From positions 20,584,001 through 20,648,000 of the forward strand of contig CM060733.1 in the NCBI GenBank assembly GCA_030704615.1: a stretch of DNA of 64,000 nt, written 5' to 3'. The stretch comes from Takakia lepidozioides. Taxonomy: Eukaryota > Plantae > Bryophyta. Below, piece after piece: positions 12,432 through 23,100 of this stretch. Positions within the stretch are counted from its first letter, which is position 1; each line of letters starts with the position of its first letter. The notes beneath the pieces are model-generated. The model was given only the letters and a program-made list of their open reading frames with translations. It was not told the origin of the DNA and made no database searches. Both the position numbers and the translations under genes were made by a program.

Positions 12432-14246
12432 TCAGTTCTCAACCACCATAGGAAGGCATCTCACAGGCCAAGGAGCAAACCCAGTTGGCTCCCAGATGCT
12501 ACCTTCGTTGATGTAGACCCTGTGCATCCATTGGTCCTGTCCTTCAAACTTAGGGGTGTGGCCACTGTGCCCACGGGCAACTCGCCTTTGATTCACCAAC
12601 ATCACATCTCCTCCATCCAGCCACACACCCTCTGTTTGCCCCACAGCTCTTGCGGCGTCTTTGGCTCGCTTGTAGGCTGCAACTGCCTCCGGGTTTCCTT
12701 GTATCATCTCAGATCCTACACTTAAGAAGTTGTCTTCAAAGAGATTAAATATTGGGTTGCTGTCAGTTCCCTCGATGACACACTTGGAGAAGCTAAACTC
12801 CTGAACCCCCCAAGTAATCTTCTGTTCCCGCAATATCTGAATGTCTGATGGATCCAGCTCTGCATAGACCTTCCGAAAATCGCAGAAAAGTGTGCGGGCA
12901 ACTCTGGAGGGGTCTCCTCTAAGGCCAATGAATCCAAGGACGGTGGGGAAGCACTGGGGCTTTGCTTGGAAAAAATCAACATGAAAGTCGAGAAACTTGT
13001 GGCACCCATTGACAGTCACCTGTTATCACAGTTACAGCAGACCGTTTGAAAGACAGAAACAAAGCATGGAACTTTATGACGTCCATGGGAAGCTTGAAAA
13101 TCTTACTCATCTCTTTGCAGTTTCCATCGAGATGTGCAAGACAGTAGGTTACAAGAAACTACTTTCAAACGCTGTTCGGATCTTAGCGGACAAACTCAAT
13201 AGACAAGTTGGAACAGGTTTCCTTCACTATTCAGATTAGCCCTCCTGTTTCTTTCTACCAGTATGCAGGATCTGTGAAGCTCGACAACTTTACTCAGATG
13301 TGATCAAGTCAATTTCCAGTGGAAGTCTTGACCACTACATTTGCGATACTTCTCTGGGTTGGGATCGATGGATCAAACATACTTCAATGTCTAACTCACA
13401 TTTCATGGCACTCGACATGGCCAAGAGAGCTGCGTCCAAGCAACGAGTGTTGGAAAGTAAGAGTCGCTAAGAGAATCCGCCTGTGACCGTGGGACTCACC
13501 TCATCAACCTTGTCTGGTGTCGTGTACACATCACTGATGAGCAGTGCCATGCCTGGGTCGCCTGTCCGCAAGGGCTTGAGGGTAAAAGGCTGGCCAACAA
13601 TCCGCGCAATGCCCACCAGCCATGTATCGCTCATGAATTTCCCTGCCATTGCTTTTCTCTTCAGTCCATCGGGACCTGTTGGGGGCAGGTCACGATCGAT
13701 TGGTAAACCTCGAATCACTAGCACTGGGGGCTGCGATAAGTCATAGACGAATCTTTCAAGCCTAGAAACCACGTCGGGTAAGAGCCAGCGACGGACGAGG
13801 GCGTGCGCCGAGACCACAAACTCTTCGATCTTGTGGTAGTCAGTTGTAGTTCCTAGATCATCAGGCCAGGTTGCATATTCTGATCGAAAATCGGCCTCGA
13901 AACACCCGGATATAGCTTCAGGGTGTATCGATATCGATACAACAGTGGGAGGATTCAACTCCGGGGCACAGAATTCTTTATTTGTTTCATCGTGCAGCTG
14001 CAGACTCATTGAAACTGGTTGGTGAACACGGTGCATGTCGGTTTGTCTACTTTGGAAGTAGCTCAAGGACATGTCTCTAAGAGAGTGATGGAGTGAGGTT
14101 GGACCTATGATAGCTGGGGAGCAAAGGGATGAGAAGAGGTGAGGTGCTTGCACAGAACTGCATGCCGAATAAGAAAGGCAAGAGTGTGCAACTCTAACTG
14201 CAGAGGGACCGAATGAGACACTGGGATGCAATCCTACACATGCCAT
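12432..14246 (-). CDS. Clavaminate synthase/AsnO-like (TauD/CsiD superfamily) Fe(II)/2-oxoglutarate dioxygenase with an N-terminal transit-peptide-like leader; exons 14246-13500 and 13019-12432
   Basis: Motifs VLVIRGLPIDRDLPPT, LDFHVD (HxD), GLRGDP..ARTLF, LDGGDVMLVNQRRVARGHS..PKFEGQDQWMHRVYI; phase-0 intron GAG|gtgagt..ataacag|GTG; Ser-rich, acid-poor first ~70 aa. Confidence 0.85.
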
Positions 14247-15283
14247 TGTTATGTACACTATGCACTCCCCTCTTCCACCCGCACTCCCAGTGTTACAATA
14301 TAGGAGAGGGATGCGTTTAGCAGACAGTACAGCACGCTGCAGACTCGTAGAGAGAGACAAAGAGAAAAAAAGACCCAAAAAAATGAAACAGCACTTTATA
14401 ACGCCCTCGGCAAGCTCAGAGCATATGGGACAAGAGATCGAAAGAAGGAAACAAGAAAGAGAGAGGGCCCTCCACAAGACCCACAACCCAAAACTATTGC
14501 TCAAGGGATTGTCTAAGGATCAACACCTCATGCAGGTAAGCTTCCAAGCATTTCTGAAAGAAACTTTATAACTCCTGTTGTAAGAGAGCGACAGAAACAA
14601 TGGCATCTCCCCCCCATCTCCCGCCAGTAATCAAGAATTCAATGGTGGAGAGAGCGGAGGGTGATGTGGAGCTGGTTCAGATATTCAATCTCCTCTCTCC
14701 GCCTACACCAAATCTCCGCCTCTACTCTTTCCTGTCTCTCTCTCAAGACTTTCACAGTGTATGCCCAGATCTAAGAGACAAGCAAACAAGCACGGGTTAT
14801 GCCTTCTGTCGGTGTCAGGCAGCTGTGGCAGGTGAAAGCCCATGCTATCTGTGCAGGAGCAGCAAGACAAGTAAGTTCCCAACTTGTGGGCTGTTCATCA
14901 TTCCCTACAATGGGGACTGCACACCCTTCACTACATTTTGTCTCTTGTTTTTTTTGTTTTTTCCTTTGTTTCTTTGTGTTTGATTGCCCCCCAAAGGGAA
15001 ACACCCGGCACAAATCAGGCCCTAATTTATGGTGAGAGGAATATAACGGTGCCATGAGGCTCAAGGGACACCACACCGCCAAAGGGAAAGTGTAAGAGCA
15101 CAAGGAGGCCCCACCGTCTCCACCGCCTCACATATGCTACTTGTATGCTCTCCTCTACACATGGCCTCACATGTACCATTACAACACCCACTGGCCTCCC
15201 TCCCCATTGGCCACTCAATTTGCTCTCCCTTTTTTTCTTTTTATAAATTTTTTTGGCCTTCACAAATCATAACCCCTCCCAAA

Positions 15284-15338
15284 AAATAAATAAAATAAAT
15301 AAAAATTGGGACCCTTCTTTTATTTATTTTATTTATTT
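15284..15338. repeat. Perfect 21-bp AT-rich inverted repeat with a 13-nt loop, possibly inside a MITE remnant (TGCCCCC..GGGGGCA, ~14985-15369)
   Basis: aaataaataaaataaataaaa (15284-15304) is the exact reverse complement of 15318-15338. Confidence 0.6.
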
Positions 15339-16686
15339 GTAATTTTGTTGTTAAAGAAGAAAGGGGGCAGAGGCCCATATTGTCCATTGCAACCAAATAA
15401 CCATCTCATGATTTGTGTGTTTTTATCATCTGGGTTGTAGTAGTAGTGGGCTTGTTGCTCAATATAAAACTCATGTCATGTCTGGCTGCCAACTGCTCTT
15501 CTTGCAGGTCTAGTTCCAGCTAACCTGGCATCCAGAGTGGAGCTCCATGGTCTCCCCATATCTCCTCTCTCCAGTTCTCTTCCAAAAATATACATTTTCA
15601 TCTTTAAGCTCTCGTCTCCCATCCTCAGCTATTTTGCAGGCCTAATCCAGATATTTTGGTTACCCAGAAGTTTGCAGAATCTGAGAGCTTGAATGGAAGG
15701 TTAAAATAAACAGCATAAAAATGATCAAATAACATGTTTTCTAACTGATATTACTAGCAAGGTGCAAGGAGAGTAGGACAAGGAAGTTTGACTATATCAC
15801 AAGGGATGTGGTTTATAAAACTTGTGCAAAACTAGACCATTATGGAACTTTACTGCGAGATTACTGGGCTGTCCTTCCAACCAGATACAGCTGAAGATTT
15901 TCATGCTGGCAGTGGAAGTAAATTGTATCACTTCCTATGTACACAGCCCCTGCCACTAGTCACCATCTGTTTGTAGTTTTGAGACAAGTGCACTTCAAAC
16001 TGATGCCATCCTCTACATGGCATACTAACAGCAGCTATTCCTTTTCAGGTACATCTTTAATCTACTGGATGTCTGCATATGTCATCTTTTTGAGGCCCGG
16101 GATGAACGTGGCACAGCGAAGACAGTGAGAGGAAAAACGTGACTACAGTACTTTCGGGACGAGCTGTGAAGACAAACAGAAGAAAATGAGCAATGATGAG
16201 AAAATGGAAATAGGGCCAGCAATCTAGACACTTGGTAGAGCCATTATCCATACATGAAAATTTAGTCCAAATGTCCCAAGCAACCATGGATAAGCTCAGA
16301 TAAGCACTAGTCACCAAGGCCGTGATGGCCAGTAGGTGGACCACTTTTCCCTCGCCCCCCGCCCCATCTCAGCCCCCTCACATTGGACATGGGGTCCCTG
16401 TGCAACCAGGCTACAGCAAGGTAAGTCCAATGGATGTATCTTCTGGTCATCTAGTAAAGTGTAAGCCTCTCACCAACATGCCTGATAGGTGGACCTTTCA
16501 ATATTGTTTCTGATGACAGATCCATTTATTCTGCCTCGTTGTGAGTTGTAATCACTCAGATGAAGCAAGTATGAGTCAGGGATAAGTGCCTGATAATTTA
16601 ACAAGCATGGTATGGTAGGGTCTACAATATGCCTTGAATGTGCTGGAATGTTGATACCATTGTTGGAAAGTTCTCAAGTCTGCAGC

Positions 16687-16996
16687 GGGTATCAACCTGG
16701 GTATTAAGAACTGGTCTGCCAGGTCTCAAAACTCAAAAACCCGGCGTTTACAGATAACCAATGATATGAAAATGTAGAACAAGATTGATATCCGGTATCC
16801 AGCCAATATCCAGTGTCCGGTCAATACCCACCAATAACTGTCCCAAAATTAATAACCAGATGCATATCCGGCCTTCGAAATTTGACATGTTTATAATACA
16901 GGTAATGGCCTGATATTTACAACCAATTTTTTTGATACACCTGGACCCTGTGGGTATCATTATTATGTGAGAACTGGCCAACGACGGTTGATACCC
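16687..16996. mobile_element. Putative MITE / non-autonomous DNA transposon remnant
   Basis: 11-bp terminal inverted repeat GGGTATCAACC..GGTTGATACCC enclosing ~290 bp of non-coding DNA; no TSD seen. Confidence 0.5.
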
Positions 16997-17140
16997 TTCA
17001 TCAATTTAATGCTTCCATAACAGCTGCTCATGGGACAATTACAAGGTCCTACAGGAATGCTTACCGAAGGTTGATGCCACATTGTGTGCGTCGGTAGTAT
17101 TGGAAAATGAATGTATTTGTTGGCAGTGTCATGAGATCAG

Positions 17141-20100
17141 CTACAATCTCTCCAATCGTTGCTTCACAAGTTTTTTGTTAATCTCAAAGATAAAGCGCAT
17201 ACCCCCGACCTGCATGAATGACATGTTTGCAGTGTGCCATCAGTCAGCTTCAAATCAGCTCAGTAAATTACTCAAGCTGTAAGCAAAGCTTCATTCATGA
17301 TCCTATGTAAGTGTCCACCTTCCAAATGGAAGGCAGTAGTCCTTCGGGATGAAGTGACACCATAAGCTGCTATGCTTGCTTCAGCAAGAGTCGTCCTTTT
17401 TCTTTTTTTTGCTTGATCCCATGTATTGTCGTGCATGGAGACAGAACCTGCCTCATACAGTATGGGATACTTCCTCAGTGTAAGTGGTTCAGTCAACTAC
17501 GCTTACCTCTCCCTCTCCTTTTCCCTAACCCTTGCGCGAAGAGATACTTTGATCTTTGGGGGCTAGAGGCTAATGTCAGGAAATGTGCAGTGGTAGCATT
17601 CAACGACAGAGAGGGAGGAAGTGATCTTAAGTGGCAGTGGGGTAGCCAAGAGATCCCGGTCCTCCCTTCCTACACTTACCTGGGCGTTGAGTTCTCCTCC
17701 AATTGTAATTGGGATGCACATATCCGGAAAGTTGTTCAAACTGGCAAGGGCAAAGCTCTGGGGCTCACTAAATTTTTCCACTGCAGAGGGGTCAACTCTG
17801 AGGTTAAGAAAACCATTCTTTGTCGCGTTATTAGACCTGCCTTGGAGTACGGATGTGCAATATGGGTTGATAACTCCAACCAGGCTAAGTCTCTAGAATC
17901 CATTCAAGTGGGGGTGCTTAAGGAGTGTATGTCAGCATGCTCCAAAACAGCCAATGTGGCTGTTCGGGGTGAGTTTGGCATTTTGTCCTTAAGCTCCCGA
18001 CGAGATGAATTCAAGGTCAGATGGTGGGGTCAGCTGCAACATATGTCCAACACCAGATATCCTAAGTTAATCGACTCTATATCTTGGAAACAGGACCGCC
18101 CTGTCAAACAGGTTAAGTCCTGGCAGAAGAGAGTAGAAGAGATTCTCAAGGACCTGGACCTGGATCCGCAAGTCTTGACCCTGCTGGATAAATCTGACTT
18201 AGAGGCTGTAGTGTCCAAAGCCATGTCTGTTGCCATGAGATTGTCTGATGAAAATGAAGTTAGGCAGAAAACTTCCCTGAACTTGTTTCCAGTCAGTGAC
18301 ATGGGGGAGGACATCTTGGATGACCTCAAGGGTCTACCCACTCTCGGCACTAGACTGAAATTTAAACTCAGGGCAGGAAGCCTACCTTTGAACAGCAAAC
18401 AGAAGCAGAGAGGAAAGGGAGAGTGCAATTGCCCATTGTGTGGGCAATCTGAAGACAGTATTCATTTTCTGATACTGTCCGGGGTTCTCTCACCAAAGAG
18501 ACGGCCGCTCGGCCCCACGGTCAATCAGGACTGGGCCGCGAAACCACGACTGGGCTCTGGAAGGGGCTGTAACAACTCTCTTCAAATCTATCAAGGGAAT
18601 TGTGCCTGTACCCCTGTTTACCAACTTTGAAAGTCTCGAGGCTGAGCCAAAAGCCCAGGCCCTCCTGAGGCCTAGTTTTTGGGCAAATCACACACAGCAG
18701 ATTGATGCTTGTGTGAAGGGATTTCTAGAGGATATCTGGAAAATCTGGATTACTTCTATATATGAAGGTAAGTCTTACTACCAACGTCAGCCCCTGACAG
18801 AGGTAGGTTCTGTCCCTTTTGTTCCCGCTCAAACTGGGCACGGGGTCAATGGCCACAAGGCTACGGCAAACAACGTCTTATGAGTACAACCTAACCCTTC
18901 CTCATCCATGAAGGTGCAAGAAAGAACCTCAATTAGACAATTGGAGCCAAGGATAGCGCGCTGGCCAGTTTCCACCACATTGTTATTCACAGTGAGGCTG
19001 CGGCGTCCCAGGTTCCGCAAGTAGAACACCCCGTCCTCCTTAAGCTTCATGAGTGCCTGCCGTTTTAACATATTGCTGATCAAGGTTATATTGGTGTTCC
19101 ATGCAGATGAGTTTTTAATTTCTGATGTACAAGAAATCACAAAGATTGGCTGATAGCCAGTGGCAAAGAAACAATACAAGAAATGCCTCAGCAGCCGCCC
19201 ATTAGAAAAGGACAGGGGGCATGAGGCAGACAGGGAGTTTGCTGGAGCATGGCATTCTCTTATTGCACAGGGCCAATTGAGTCTGGACTCACTCGAAAGT
19301 GGGTGGCTGCTTCTGTTTGGGACACATTAAGGTCTCAATCAGGCCTAGAGAGAAGACAGCAGGGGGTTCGCCCACCAAAATCCTCCCCTGGATGCCTGGC
19401 TGAGGTAAAATCATGGTCCACAGATCCCTCATCATGCCCAAAACTACGAAACCTTCATATGGAGCTCCATTATCTTTCAGAGCCCTAATAGCCCTTTTAG
19501 CAGCACTCGGAAAGATAATGGCTCCACATTAGTCACAGGGTTCTTCCGAACCCTCACTTGTGATTAAATCAACAATGAAGCCCTCTCTGGTTGGTTAAGA
19601 GAATTCCCAGTTTGTACGCAAGATGAGCAGAAGAAAATGCCTTTCCAGACTAACAGGGGGGTACCTGCTGGCGGGATACTTTATTGGCACGCCCTTCCTT
19701 CCCCAAATCGATGTCCACTGTGTTGTCCTGTGTCATCCTTCCCATTGAAACCTGTGAAATACACTGCTCACATGAGAATCCTCACACAGGGCCAATGTAA
19801 TATAAGTCACGCTATTCATGCGTTGTATTCAATCAGAAAAAAAACAGTTTACTGAGCATGTTGGGACAGTTGAAGGAACTGCCTGAAAGTTCCAAGGGAG
19901 CCTGGAAATTATGATAGAGGGCGAGAGGTCCCTTGTTTGAAAGAAGCACTAGTCTTGGTGGATTGAATTAAACTGTTTGTCTCTTTTATGAGGCAATTTA
20001 AACATCACTATAGCCAGGTGATCTTCGTGTTCACCTTGCCACCTAAGTCTGCATGTATTTTAAGTGCTAAAGTGGACTGCTCTTAAGACTGTAAACACCA

Positions 20101-23100
20101 GAAACCCTACAAATACAGAATGAGGTGTCTTTATGAGACTTGGCATGGTTTGGAAGTGGCACAGCCATCCCAGTGAATATTTCATGCTGGTCTCTCACTT
20201 CTAGTCCAAAAGATAGAAGGATTCATCGAGAACAAATCACCCTGGTTGCCACCCTACCTCCGTCTTTGTCATATAATAGCGAAGATGATGGCCATAAAGA
20301 ATAGCGAGGGCTTTTCGATGGTTAAGAGCCCGTTGCATTGCAGCTCCCCCACCTTGCTCCAGCCTCACCAGTGATCTGCGATGCTGCCTATACATGCGCC
20401 TTGACTCTGCCACCAATAGTCACAATAAATCAGGTCCACTGCTACAGCTGTGGCCGAGTTTCAAACATGCACAATCAGAGGGCCATCAAATACGAAAAAC
20501 AATTTAGTAACCTTAATTTGCAAACATTCCTGCACAACCATGGAAGTCCTCAGAAAGTTGCTTCTGTCACGGTTAAGGCAAGAATCTCCCAAAAACAATC
20601 TCTCTGCATATTGATTGCAAAGGATGCCTAGCTTTTGCCAGTAGATGTGAGATGAACATGGCTAGTTTTCAGTCATGGATACAGACATAGAGAGATGGTA
20701 GGTAGCAGTCCTGTTACCTGCCCGGGCAGAAAATTCATCATCCACTCCAGGGTCCAAATCCATGTTCAAAATCTGCAGAGCCAGGCCGATTAGAATGTCA
20801 CATAGGACAATATCATGCAAGTTAGGTGTTCACATAAAAACCATTTAGCCCTGCAGTACCTATCATAAAGGTGCAAAGATGAGTAAAATAACTTGCGGGA
20901 CTCACTATCATGGATCCAATGGTTACTAAATTAAGCTCGAAATGGAAACATCAGATCCATGACACATTGAAGTCATCCCACATTTGTAATGAGGAGGCTC
21001 TATAGCACTACGGTCATTTCACTGACCATGGTCTCCACATCAGAGAAACGCGCCATCTCTGCTTCACTCTCAATGTCTTCCTCTCCACTTGGGGTCTCTG
21101 CTCCACTTCTCAAGGCTCCCATGCCAGTGCTTGCCCCAACCAGCTCCTGGGTCATGAGTGGATCATATGTCATTGAAGAAACCCCGCAATCAACTCCATG
21201 TAGGGCCATTTGTGCTGCTATGTATGGGGGCATGGGCTCCATTCGTGATGAATCAGTTGGGGAATCCCCCTGTGATCTGCTGAGGTCGGAAGAATGAGAG
21301 GTGGCATTTAGGGCGACCACGGATTCTGGGAATTGGTGACCAGCATTCGGACTCAAAGCAGGAGTGCCTTCCTCCTCTTCTTCCTCGTTTGGCCTGCCTC
21401 CAGAGACACCATGTGGACTTGAGACCCTGACTGTGACAGGAGAAGTGCCTGCAGAAATAAGGCTTGGAGGCTGATAGAGAGTTCTTGCCACTGGACTCTC
21501 TTGACCAGCTGCTGTCAGCTGGTGGTCCCAAAATCTCTCCCCTTTGATGCTTGAACTTGACATCTGCAAGTCACAATTAAACTTGTGGTTGTAAGCACAC
21601 CAAAACACATGCAACCGCACAGACATATTTCCATAATAAGGCTCCCCTTTTTTATCTAATGTTAATGAAAAGAAAATGACATATGGAGCTTAAATCCAAG
21701 CAGACTATGTGTGTGACAAAATACTCCTCTTGAATGTCAAATAACCTGGACATAATCAGAATCCCGTATACCAACCACTTCCAATGGTATTAGTACACAA
21801 TGAAATCCACCTTCTTAGGGAAAAATATGTTCAAATGGTTCTGCTATGGTGTAGCTGGGCTTCGCAACTAGGTTATACTGTTGCAATGAGAATCCCTGCT
21901 AATGCATTTTAATAGCTGATTGTACAGCAGCATTAGAGTGCTCTCTCTAAATTCCCCTATGGACGGGCCAACACCCTCGGCACAACATTGGCACTGATTG
22001 ACCAGCAGAATGAAATTTAAAATGCAATGTTCATAGTGTAGAAATCATCCAAATGGAAGTATAGCCAAATGAGGCATTGTGACCTTTGGTTTATAGACAG
22101 AACCACTGACCTGCACAGCCCCACGTTCCTTGAATTTCGTCCCAAATTTTGTAGCTCCAATGGCTGGCAGGGTGGACAACTCCATGCTACCGGGCTCTAT
22201 CTTGACTTGCAACATACCCTGGGACTCCAATTCTTCATTGACGTGGAAGCCGACAGGAGATATTGGTGTGTCAACAATATGGTCCATGGTGGTGCACTTC
22301 ATGCCCTCGATACCCTCCTTTTCTTCCCCTTCCCCTTGTTCTGATGGAGAAGAAACAGGGGACAATAAGGTAGGGAAAGGGAGAGTTTCATCAAGAGTGG
22401 GAATTTCTGTGTCTTGTGTATTTAGAGTGCATAAGATTTGCCCAAGGCTGGGGTCCACCCCTGCCTTCCTGATTTCGCCAGAATCTCCAGGGTCGCAGTG
22501 GTCCAAGTCAATGGAAGAATCAAAAGGTAGTGACCTATCAGCCATATCGGCCGCAAATAGTCCATCATCACCATCCACATCCTCCTCAAACTCCTCTTGA
22601 CTGTTTGTGTCGTGCATGTCTGCAAAAAAGTCAGGAAGTTCCACAGTAAGATATCAATGACCAAGCGGAGAACAGCATAGAATACATCACTCTACAGAAG
22701 GAGCACGGGCTTGTTGCTAATAATAAAAATCAACTTCTGCTGCAATCAAATAAGGCTTGTCCAATTCACATATCATGGAGTCATTCATACAGGAGTGAAT
22801 GCCAGTGAGATGGGCCAACAAGAGTCCAGGAATCCAGGAACAGAACTCCCCGGAAATTTCCTGACCACAGCTTTGTGCCCTTTAGTAAAACTTCCCAAGC
22901 ATTCACTTCCTGGAAGATCCAAGACAATTTAGTTGATCTCATAATTTGGTGGGAAAAAGTAGTAACTCATCCAAACCATATGTACAGGAAAAAGAATAGA
23001 ACAACTACTTCAACAACTACTATAACATCTCACGTGCACCTCACCTCCACCATGTGATTCATCACCTTCCCCTGCCACACCAACTCTATCTTCCGTCTCT

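Noticed and set aside
17413-17533. N-terminal part of the 405-aa ORF as a host-LINE fusion gene
   Set aside because: Chance open frame through antisense intron sequence upstream of the TSD, with a non-ATG start
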